A DNA stretch of 43,256 nt, from positions 1 through 43,256 of the forward strand of contig CAXHAT010000048.1 in assembly GCA_964014485.1 (NCBI GenBank), read 5' to 3'. Made by a program: the position numbers and the translations under genes. The notes under the pieces are model-generated. The model searched no databases. It had not been told where the DNA came from and saw only the letters and a list, made by a program, of their open reading frames with translations. Origin of the DNA: an uncultured Deferribacteres bacterium. Its GTDB lineage: Bacteria > Zhuqueibacterota > Zhuqueibacteria > Zhuqueibacterales > Geothermadaptataceae. Shown one piece after another: positions 24,784 through 32,758 of this stretch (its first letter is position 1; every line of letters starts with the position of its first letter).

Positions 24784-25613
24784 TGAAACGTCTTTTCAAT
24801 CGTTCATCTATTCTCGTAATCGTTTTAAGTATAACCGTGAACGCTTTGGTGTATGCTGCGTTCTCTCCGCCTAAACAGGCCGTCCAAAACGAACAGCCAG
24901 TGATCCAGCCGGTCATGGTGCAAACGGTGATGATCGTTGATGACGCCTTAATCGCCGACATGCTCGTTTCGAGCTTAATTCCCGAGAATCCGGCAACCGT
25001 CGATTCGATCCAGGTCATCGATGCGACAAGTAATGGTTTTGGGGAAAACGACATGATTATTTTGCATCCGCAGCAAATCTCTTACACGTTTAATGCGCAA
25101 GGCCAGGTTCGGGAATTGATGAAAAATTGGAAAACTCAGACAGGCCGACAGCTTGATTATGTTGACCTTACTCCTGACAGGTTAGATTCCATAAAACTGG
25201 ATGATGTTACTGAACAAGCCGCGAAGAACATGTTAAGCGGCATCTTACGCACGATTGAGCACAACTCAGACGCATCGGAAATGAAAGTATATCTGGAGCG
25301 TGAAAAAGGCGGGAAATTGTTTTTTCGCGTCTGGGGATATGATGAGGATAATGCAAACTCATTGAAACCAGGAGACCCTCGCGAATTATTTGGGTCGGGG
25401 TTGCCAACGCAGAATTATGATGTTTTCCGCGTTCACAGGCAAGACCTTGATACGCTGATCAACAACACCGCGACGATGTACGACCAAATCTATATTTACC
25501 GCTTTGAGACCGACACGGTTTTCGTTTCGCCTGGGGATGATCAAATCAGGACTTTGTACGAAAAAGCAAAACTCCCTGGGCTGACTCGTCCAAGCTTGAA
25601 AGAAAAGAAATAG
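24783..25613 (+). CDS. Membrane-anchored hypothetical protein with a TonB-like N-terminal anchor
   Basis: TAATG coupling; N-terminal 'VLSITVNALVYAAF..QPVMVQTV'. The rest is unrecognised. Confidence 0.7.
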   Translation: MKRLFNRSSILVIVLSITVNALVYAAFSPPKQAVQNEQPVIQPVMVQTVMIVDDALIADMLVSSLIPENPATVDSIQVIDATSNGFGENDMIILHPQQISYTFNAQGQVRELMKNWKTQTGRQLDYVDLTPDRLDSIKLDDVTEQAAKNMLSGILRTIEHNSDASEMKVYLEREKGGKLFFRVWGYDEDNANSLKPGDPRELFGSGLPTQNYDVFRVHRQDLDTLINNTATMYDQIYIYRFETDTVFVSPGDDQIRTLYEKAKLPGLTRPSLKEKK

Positions 25614-25637
25614 ACGGAAGATTTAAAAGAAGAGCAA

Positions 25638-26900
25638 TTATTCTCTCCAAGCTTGCAAAAGCAAACATGTGTTTAACCCGCCCGAGCCAAAGTTGCCTTT
25701 GGCCATAATTCCCACTTTTTCATTGCTCTTGGTCTTACGTACGATCCGATTTTCGACCGGCTTCAAAGCCTCGTCAAGACGCTCGCAATTTTTTGAAGGG
25801 TGTAGGAATTCGTGGTGAATTTGTAAAACCGAGGCCGCCGATTCCATGCCGCCCGCTGCTCCAAGACCGTGACCAATGAGAGATTTTGTTGCGTTAATGA
25901 AGGGCATGTTGTCGTCGTTTACGCCGAGCGCTCGCCGCCAGGCAAATATCTCCTGAACGTCTTCCGGGGCGCCAATGAGATTTCCATTTATTGCATCCAC
26001 CTGCCCGCCTGAAATTTTTGCGTCATCCAATGCAAGTTTGATGCAGTGTGCTATGCTTTCTACTTCCAGCGTTTGCGACTGACGATGATTCGCTCTGCCG
26101 CCGGCGCTGTGCGCTACGCCGATGATTTCAGCGTAAATTCGAGCCCCTCTCTCCCGCGCAATTTTTTCGTCTTCAAGTACTAAAATACCGGCTCCGGCAG
26201 CCGGCACAAACCCGGTTGCATCGGCGCTCATGGGACGGGAAGCTTGGTCCGGCGTATCGTTGTGTCTGCGGTTTAACATACCCTTTGCGTCAAAACCAGC
26301 CCACGTATAAATCGAAACGCCTTCTATTCCACCTGCAAGCATGCGATTCGCATAACCGTGTCGAATCCATCGTGCGGCTTCAGCGATGGCTGCCGTTCCG
26401 GTATTTGCTACGCCGCAATTGGTAGAAACACGATTCCCCAGCCCAAGTAAATAGGCGGCCCGCACGGCAACGCCGTTCGGAATAATCCGTTCAATCGTGT
26501 TTCTGTCCAAACGCCGGACGCGCTTGGCGTTGGTCAGCGGAACAACTTCTCGGGCTACCGTATCTAGACCGCCAAAGCCGGTGCCAAGAATTGCGCCTGA
26601 ATTCCACAAAATCTGCTCGTTTGTTTCATCGGGAATTTCCAGGCCGGCGTCGCGCCAAGCGGCGAGAACCGCTGTTTCACCGAATTGCATGAACGTGTTA
26701 TTCGATTCTTGCGGTCTGTGAGAAGGCTGATCATCCGAGTATTCGGGGATTCCGGCAACGCGGCAGCCGAATTTGTGTTCTGCGAGTTTCGGAACATACC
26801 GAAGCCCTGACTTTCCTGACTTCAATGCGTCAAGAAATGAAGATTTGTCCGGCGCATTCGGGGCTACAACCCCCAAGCCGGTTACAACAACTCTGTTCAT
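25638..26900 (-). CDS. FabF-like beta-ketoacyl-ACP synthase homologue with degenerate active site
   Basis: 'RVVVTGLGVVAPN', 'ASRPMSADATGFVPAAGAGILVLE', 'ATKSLIGHGLGAAGGME'; the catalytic Cys position reads 'NCGVANTG' and the first His position reads 'INGNLIG'. Confidence 0.88.
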   Translation of the reverse strand: MNRVVVTGLGVVAPNAPDKSSFLDALKSGKSGLRYVPKLAEHKFGCRVAGIPEYSDDQPSHRPQESNNTFMQFGETAVLAAWRDAGLEIPDETNEQILWNSGAILGTGFGGLDTVAREVVPLTNAKRVRRLDRNTIERIIPNGVAVRAAYLLGLGNRVSTNCGVANTGTAAIAEAARWIRHGYANRMLAGGIEGVSIYTWAGFDAKGMLNRRHNDTPDQASRPMSADATGFVPAAGAGILVLEDEKIARERGARIYAEIIGVAHSAGGRANHRQSQTLEVESIAHCIKLALDDAKISGGQVDAINGNLIGAPEDVQEIFAWRRALGVNDDNMPFINATKSLIGHGLGAAGGMESAASVLQIHHEFLHPSKNCERLDEALKPVENRIVRKTKSNEKVGIMAKGNFGSGGLNTCLLLQAWRE

Positions 26901-26970
26901 CTCTAAATAACTTTCCGCTCATACGTGCCGAATCAATGCTTGCGAAAATGCCAGCTGGACAACCGACATA

Positions 26971-27008
26971 AAAAAAGCGGATGGGATTAAAATCCGCAGT
27001 CCGCTTTT
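26971..27008 (-). terminator. Intrinsic terminator downstream of tpx
   Basis: AAAAGCGGA..GGATT/AATCC..TCCGCTTTT bulged hairpin with an A-run on the left (U-tract on the minus strand), about 25 nt after the tpx stop. Confidence 0.65.
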
Positions 27009-27033
27009 CAACCATAAACTTAAGCGCCCCGTG

Positions 27034-27552
27034 CTAAATAATCTCTTTCAGCGCAGCCAACGCCTTGTCATAATCTGGATGTTGGGCAATTTCCGGCACA
27101 TACTCAACGTATCGGATCGTCCCGCTCGCATCTACAATAAAAATAGAGCGTTGCAAAAGCCGCAGCTCTTTGACGGCGCAACCGTAGGCTTGGCCAAAGC
27201 TCAAATCCCGATGATCAGAATAGGTGGTAACGTGCTCAATTCCAGCAGCTCCGCACCAACGGGTCTGCGCAAAAGGCAAATCTGCGCTAATAGTCGCGAC
27301 ATGGGCTTTGTCGCCCCAGTTTCCAGCCTCTTCGTTGAATCGGCGCGTCTGGGCATCGCAAATCCCCGTATCGAGAGACGGAACTACGCTAAGAACGGTA
27401 ACCTTTCCTTGCAGAACGTCGGCTGCATTCTTTGTTGTAAGATTGTTTGCTACGACCGTAAATTCCGGCGCTTGATCACCCGCTTGTAGTGCATCCCCGA
27501 GGGAGGTCATTGGGTTGCCTTTGAAAGTAACGGCGCCATGTCTTTCCTGCAT
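27034..27552 (-). CDS. tpx: Thiol peroxidase (atypical 2-Cys peroxiredoxin)
   Basis: 'VTFKGNP', 'VVPSLDTGICDAQTRRFN', 'ISADLPFAQTRWCGAAG', 'HPDYD'. Confidence 0.95.
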   Translation of the reverse strand: MQERHGAVTFKGNPMTSLGDALQAGDQAPEFTVVANNLTTKNAADVLQGKVTVLSVVPSLDTGICDAQTRRFNEEAGNWGDKAHVATISADLPFAQTRWCGAAGIEHVTTYSDHRDLSFGQAYGCAVKELRLLQRSIFIVDASGTIRYVEYVPEIAQHPDYDKALAALKEII

Positions 27553-27668
27553 TTGGCAGCTCCTGCTTTTGAAATAAAAGTGAAAAATGGATTTTGAGAA
27601 ATTGTTTTTAAATCAGGCGTTGAAACGAGTGCCAATATAGATGATTTTGCAAAACTTGCAATAATTTC

Positions 27669-28502
27669 TTACCACGCAATAAATTGCGTGCGTCTGGATG
27701 GCTGGCATCTGGGGCAAAAAAAGGCGTCATAGCCGCGCACGCCGGCTTTGCGAATCTTTTCCCCGCAACTGGGGCAGGGCTGACCGCCGCGATTTCTTAC
27801 ACGCACATGCTCGCGGTGCTTGGCGTCAAGCGCTGGAGCCGCATTTTTGACCGATTCGATTCCCCAAGACATGACCTTAATTATTGAAGCATACAATCGT
27901 TTTTTTTCTTCAAGAGAGAGTTGAGAGCAAAGCGTTTTGGGATGCAATCCCGCTTCGAACATCGTCTCATCGGCGTAAGCGTTCCCGATAGCGCTGATAA
28001 TTTCCTGTTCCATGATAAAAACGCGGACTTGTTTTCGGCTTTTATTGATTTTCGAAATGAAGTATTTTTCAGTGAATTCGGGCGAGAAGACGTCCGGGCC
28101 TTGCGTCTCGAAACGGGGGATTTGAGCGGTCTCGCCTTCCCGTAAAATATAAACTTTCCCCATTTGTTTGTTGTCGCGAAAGATCAACGCCGCGCCGTTC
28201 GTGAAATCAACTCGAAAACAATCGCTCTTCGTTTTACGCGGCTTCTTCGCGTCAAAATAAACCCTTCCGGCGAGCATGGGGTGGTATACAATTTTCAGGT
28301 CGCCGGACAGCGTGAAATCGAGAAAGGGCCCGTGCCGGTTGAGTTTTTCGATATGAAGCCCGAAGAGCGTTTCAGGCTTAAAGTCAGGCAGCAGAATTCG
28401 AAAAACAATTGGGTTTAGAATCTCAGCTTTTTGAATGGAAAGCCCTTCAACCTGTGGCGCGAGATTTTCTACGATATACTCGAGGTCAGGCAGTTCCGGC
28501 AT
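27669..28502 (-). CDS. Fpg/Nei family DNA glycosylase/AP lyase
   Basis: N-terminal 'MPELP', H2TH 'IGNAYADE', C-terminal zinc finger 'CPSCG..FCPRCQ'. Confidence 0.93.
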   Translation of the reverse strand: MPELPDLEYIVENLAPQVEGLSIQKAEILNPIVFRILLPDFKPETLFGLHIEKLNRHGPFLDFTLSGDLKIVYHPMLAGRVYFDAKKPRKTKSDCFRVDFTNGAALIFRDNKQMGKVYILREGETAQIPRFETQGPDVFSPEFTEKYFISKINKSRKQVRVFIMEQEIISAIGNAYADETMFEAGLHPKTLCSQLSLEEKKRLYASIIKVMSWGIESVKNAAPALDAKHREHVRVRNRGGQPCPSCGEKIRKAGVRGYDAFFCPRCQPSRRTQFIAW

Positions 28503-28514
28503 GACAAAGCAGGT

Positions 28515-29324
28515 CTAATTTTGCAGAGAATCGCTCTTGAGCGTGTGGGACGACAAAGCGTTTCTGGCATGATCAGCAATTGCGCCTTCCTTGTCGGCTG
28601 CAATCGCCTTTTCCCAATACTCGCGCGCAGATTCATTGTTGTTCAGCATATGCTGCGTATAGCCGAAATAGAACAAGGCGTAGGCATTGTCCGGGTCTTT
28701 ATCAAGAATTTTGGTCAACTCTTCCTGCGAGGCAAAATAGTTCTTTTCCCCAAAATATGCGCTCGCCACTCGCAGTCTGATATCCGTTCGCTCAGGATAA
28801 AGTGCAAGAAATTGCTGATAATAATCGCGCATTTCCGGGGTTTTGTTCGCAACTTCGTACATTTGCCCCAAAAACAGCATCGCGGAAGTATCGGCGGGAT
28901 CAGTCGTCAACGCCGTTTTCAGGCTGTCGATCAGATGACGGACGCGCTCCATTTGCGCCATATCCATTGCCGGTTGAGCTTCGACGCCGTTCGCAGCCGG
29001 AGCATTCGTTCTATTCACGGGGTTGAGGGATTCAAAAGAAAGGAGCCAAAAAATACCGGCCAAAAACGGCAGGAAAACCAGTGCAATAATAAAGAACTTT
29101 AAGTTTGGTTTTGATGATCCCTCAGGCCCGGCGCTTTTCGCACCCTGTGCGCCAGGTTGTTTCGCACCGCAGCTATGGCAGAACTGTGCATTCGGCTTTA
29201 GCTCGGAACCGCATTTTTTACATCCTCCCGTGCTGGAAGACGCCGATTCTGTATCGGCTCCACAATTTGAACAAAATTTTGCCTGATTAGGCAGTTTTTC
29301 CCCGCAACTATCGCAGACTTTCAT
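28515..29324 (-). CDS. Double zinc-ribbon + TM + periplasmic TPR protein
   Basis: Four CxxC pairs ('CDSCG..FCSNCG', 'CKKCG..FCHSCG'), a TM helix, then TPRs ('DPDNAYALFYFG'). Confidence 0.85.
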   Translation of the reverse strand: MKVCDSCGEKLPNQAKFCSNCGADTESASSSTGGCKKCGSELKPNAQFCHSCGAKQPGAQGAKSAGPEGSSKPNLKFFIIALVFLPFLAGIFWLLSFESLNPVNRTNAPAANGVEAQPAMDMAQMERVRHLIDSLKTALTTDPADTSAMLFLGQMYEVANKTPEMRDYYQQFLALYPERTDIRLRVASAYFGEKNYFASQEELTKILDKDPDNAYALFYFGYTQHMLNNNESAREYWEKAIAADKEGAIADHARNALSSHTLKSDSLQN

Positions 29325-30225
29325 TGTTTTTCTTATTCTTCCCGTAATATTTTAAGATGTGTAAAAGCTTTTTGATAAACGTAACATTCTCTAAATCAGC
29401 GCGAGCGTGATACGCCAAAACCAGATTGTGTAACATGCGTTGAAGCGTCTCCCGCCGACTGATGGAATAAATATTAGTGTGACGAATATGCGCCCCCAAA
29501 CCGTGCAAAAACATCAAGCATTTTTCGAGCGTCATCATTCGCCCGCGATCGAACGTGTTAATGAAAATCGGTTCTTCGTCTGTTTCATAGACGCACATGT
29601 AGTGGATCGGCGTATTGACGCCGCGAACCGGTAATTTCAAACGTTTTGCAACTGAAAGATAAATGATCGAAAGCGTAATCGGAATTCCTGCGCGCGTTTC
29701 CAAGACCTTGTTAATAAAAGAATTATTGGGTTTGTGGTAATCCTCAACGTTACCGTGAAAACCTTCGCGTCGATAAATAACGCTGTTCAACGCTTTGATT
29801 TTATCGCGCACCGACGATTCCTCATCAATTCTAGCTCCCGCCAACTCAGCGAGCCAATCCAATTCACCGGAAATCGATTTCTTTTCTAAATTCGGAAAAG
29901 CCGTTTTAGCGATTAAATAAGCGCCGTCTTCAAGATCAATGTCCGCATCATCCCAAAGCGCCAAAACCCGAAACTCGTCGATGAGGCTTTTGCGGTGCAT
30001 TTTTTTTAACAGCCTTGCAGACCGCATCCTTGTCGTGCCGTCCAAATCGGAATTGACAGCATTCTCAAGGTATGGAACGGCGTCATTGCCGCACGAAAAA
30101 ATTTGGCTCCAGGCAATTTTTCGAACTGACCTGTCATCATCGCCAAGCAAAGTAATCAGCGACTGAACTTTCGTTTCGAACTGGCGATTTGAAGGCGTTT
30201 GTTTCACGTTGCGCTCATTTTTCAT
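29308..30225 (-). CDS. SirB1-like / transglutaminase-like (Transglut_core2) protein with N-terminal HEAT-like region
   Basis: 'GFHGNVEDYHKPNNSFINKVLETRAGIPITLSIIY..LPVRGVNTPIH', 'LQRMLHNL'. Start taken at ATG 30225 (ORF track 30306). Confidence 0.85.
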   Translation of the reverse strand: MKNERNVKQTPSNRQFETKVQSLITLLGDDDRSVRKIAWSQIFSCGNDAVPYLENAVNSDLDGTTRMRSARLLKKMHRKSLIDEFRVLALWDDADIDLEDGAYLIAKTAFPNLEKKSISGELDWLAELAGARIDEESSVRDKIKALNSVIYRREGFHGNVEDYHKPNNSFINKVLETRAGIPITLSIIYLSVAKRLKLPVRGVNTPIHYMCVYETDEEPIFINTFDRGRMMTLEKCLMFLHGLGAHIRHTNIYSISRRETLQRMLHNLVLAYHARADLENVTFIKKLLHILKYYGKNKKNNESLR

Positions 30226-30289
30226 GCGAATTCCAATGGTTGAAGAAAAGCGGGAAAATCGGCATTCGCACCTGGATTCGCAAGACAAT

Positions 30290-31153
30290 TCAAGCCAAAG
30301 AATCACTTTCCTTCAATAGAGCCGCCTGCCAAAATTTCTGTTTATCGCGATATTTCTTTGCCTCCAAATTTTTATGATTTTTCTCAAAACCGATTGCAAG
30401 AATGCCGCAGCGCCGGACAACCCATTCCAAAGTTGCAAGCCGGTAATCCGCAGGCAAGTTTCGATCCAGCATTTTTTCCAATGCGCTAACGCGGTATTCA
30501 TCAATGCCCCATTGAGACGAAAGCTGATCTTCGTGGCCGCCGTACTTGTAGATCAGCGGCTCGTCTAAAAAACCGATCTCATGCTCGGCACTGATTCTGA
30601 GCCATAAATCATAGTCTTCCGCGGCCAAAAGCGCCTCGTCAAAGCCGCCGATTTCGTTCCAGAGTTTTTTCGAGAGAAGAATGGACGACGGACTGATGAT
30701 GCAGAGGGGGAGGCATTCGAGGTAGATGCGCCCGCCGTACTTGCCATGCTTTTTTTTCTGGTTGACGCGCTTACCGTTTCGTATCCAAATTTCGTTCGTG
30801 TAAACGGCTTGTAGTTTTGCATTGGCTTGAAGAAAGGCGACTTGCCGTTCCAGCTTTTGCGGCGCCCAATGATCGTCTGAATCCAAAAAGGCAAGCCAGT
30901 TGCCGCGAGATTTGGATACGCCGAAGTTTCTTGCGGCTGAAACGCCTCGGTTTTCCTGCTTAAAATATTGCACGCCTGAGTATTCGGCGACAAGGCCGGC
31001 CGTCCCGTCAGTCGAGCCGTCGTCAACCACGATGATTTCTAGGGCGGGGCGGGTTTGTGAGAAGATCGATTGGAGCGCCTTGTCCAGCCAGGCTGCGCGG
31101 TTGTGTGTTGGAATAATAGCGGAAATTTTGAAGTCGTTCGTCTCTCGCGGCAT
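30290..31153 (-). CDS. Glycosyltransferase family 2
   Basis: 'IIPTHNR', 'IIVVDDGSTDGT', 'GVSAARNFG', 'AFLDSDD', 'EDYDLWLR'. Confidence 0.95.
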   Translation of the reverse strand: MPRETNDFKISAIIPTHNRAAWLDKALQSIFSQTRPALEIIVVDDGSTDGTAGLVAEYSGVQYFKQENRGVSAARNFGVSKSRGNWLAFLDSDDHWAPQKLERQVAFLQANAKLQAVYTNEIWIRNGKRVNQKKKHGKYGGRIYLECLPLCIISPSSILLSKKLWNEIGGFDEALLAAEDYDLWLRISAEHEIGFLDEPLIYKYGGHEDQLSSQWGIDEYRVSALEKMLDRNLPADYRLATLEWVVRRCGILAIGFEKNHKNLEAKKYRDKQKFWQAALLKESDSLA

Positions 31154-31247
31154 GTCGAAAAAAAAGCGCTTGAATAAATGGGCGAATTTCGTTTGTATGA
31201 CACTTTAGCATTTCCAACGAATTTTTCAACGAAAATGCGAGGCGAGC

Positions 31248-31655
31248 ATGATCTGCCATAAATGCAAGAAGGAAGTCACATTCACGGGGAGAAAGGTTCT
31301 GCGAGAATCGCTCTGCAACCATTGCGAGAGTTACTTGCGCTGTTGCTGCAACTGCTTTTTTTATGATGAATTTGCGTACAACAAATGCCGCGAACCTGCG
31401 GCTGAGCGCGTGCGGGACAAGGAGCGGGTGAATTTCTGCGAATTTTTTCAGCCGAACGGCGCCAAGCCAAAAGCCAACACGCGCGCCGACGAGGCCCGAG
31501 AAAAGCTGAAGGAACTTTTCTCAGATAAAATGGAATCTGAAGACGCTTCGAAACACACCTGGACGCCTTTTGACGATAATCGTCGTGCTGAAGAAGCGAG
31601 AAAAAAACTAAATGAATTGTTTAAGAAGAAGGATGGGGGAGAAGACCAAGATTAA
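31248..31655 (+). CDS. Cys-rich (probable zinc-binding) conserved hypothetical protein
   Basis: 'CHKC..CNHC..CCCNCFFYD..C.EP..ERVRDKERVNFCEFF'; duplicated tail 'RA(D/E)EAR(E/K)KL(K/N)ELF'. GAGG RBS. Confidence 0.75.
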   Translation: MICHKCKKEVTFTGRKVLRESLCNHCESYLRCCCNCFFYDEFAYNKCREPAAERVRDKERVNFCEFFQPNGAKPKANTRADEAREKLKELFSDKMESEDASKHTWTPFDDNRRAEEARKKLNELFKKKDGGEDQD

Positions 31656-31661
31656 ACGATT

Positions 31662-31689
31662 GTAGAGACGCGATGCATCGCGTCTCTAC
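31662..31689. repeat. GTAG-type REP-like perfect 28-bp palindrome between convergent genes
   Basis: GTAGAGACGCGATG|CATCGCGTCTCTAC. Confidence 0.85.
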
Positions 31690-31695
31690 TTGTGC

Positions 31696-32625
31696 TCATG
31701 TCAATTCTTGTTTAAAATCTCTGATTCGCTCCCAGACGCTCTCGGAAATGGGGAAGTCATGATGGATTGACCACGGCGCAGCGCCGAGAAAGCCTATCCG
31801 AAAGCACTCTTCGACATACAAATCAAAATCGTCGGATTTAAATTCGCCCAGCAAAATCGGCTTTTCGAGCTGAGCCAAGCCTCGAAGACTCTGGCGATTG
31901 CCGCGCGCCCAGGGGCTGCCGTGATTGTGCGTGTAATGATGGATTTCAATAAAATCGAGATGGTCGACGCCGATTTGGTTTTTTCGCGCCCAATGCCCGC
32001 CGCGCCAACCTGTCGAGCATGTAAAAGGCGTTTTTGGAGAAACCGCCTTGACCAATTCGCGAAAAGCGGAAATTGTCTTTTCCAAAGTTTCGACCGATTG
32101 ACCGCGCTCAATATGCAGATAATCGATTTCGTTGTGCAGATCAATCGCCCACAAAACCTGCTGCATTTCCGCAATGAATGATTCAACAACCGGGCGGAAA
32201 GGCTCGGCTTTGAGGAAGTCTCTCAAAAAGGGTTGCGCCTCTTCGTTTTTGAATTCAAAAAGAACCGCTTCGAGTTTCAATTCGTGCTTTTGAAAAAGCT
32301 CCCGCAGTTTTCGAAGACTTTCAAGCGCAATCGCTGAAATCTGCCATGCGCCGTCGATTTTTTCAAGCCCGTCCAGATTTTCGAAAATAAAAGAACGCAC
32401 AACCTGAACGTTGTGAGCCTTGCACTTTTTCAGGTCGCGGTCGATTTCATCCCACGAAATGTCTTGCTCCCAGCCTTTCAGGTGCTTGCCTTCTCCATGA
32501 CCGTACTTGCCAAACCAGCCGAAGTTGACCATGTTTTGCCAGTTTGGATTGGGTGCGTCGGGTTCATTTCTCCGCCGGAAAAAGAACTGGAACAAGAAAG
32601 ATCTTAGCCAATTAAAAACACTCAT
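31696..32625 (-). CDS. Clan GH-A (GH5/GH2-like) TIM-barrel glycoside hydrolase
   Basis: 'VVRSFIF', acid/base 'IDLHNEID', 'DFIEIHHY', nucleophile 'KPILLGEF', 'GAAPWS'. Start uncertain (32700, 32625 or later). Confidence 0.75.
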   Translation of the reverse strand: MSVFNWLRSFLFQFFFRRRNEPDAPNPNWQNMVNFGWFGKYGHGEGKHLKGWEQDISWDEIDRDLKKCKAHNVQVVRSFIFENLDGLEKIDGAWQISAIALESLRKLRELFQKHELKLEAVLFEFKNEEAQPFLRDFLKAEPFRPVVESFIAEMQQVLWAIDLHNEIDYLHIERGQSVETLEKTISAFRELVKAVSPKTPFTCSTGWRGGHWARKNQIGVDHLDFIEIHHYTHNHGSPWARGNRQSLRGLAQLEKPILLGEFKSDDFDLYVEECFRIGFLGAAPWSIHHDFPISESVWERIRDFKQELT

Positions 32626-32758
32626 GGACTGTACAAAATGGAGTTGCAGTTTCGAGTTTAGCGAAGGTAAACGTCGATTTGTTGTAAGGGCGAAATGCAT
32701 TGTACAACATTGCGAGGTTTCTATTTTCTAAAAACTGACAAAACGGAGGAGCCTTGCT

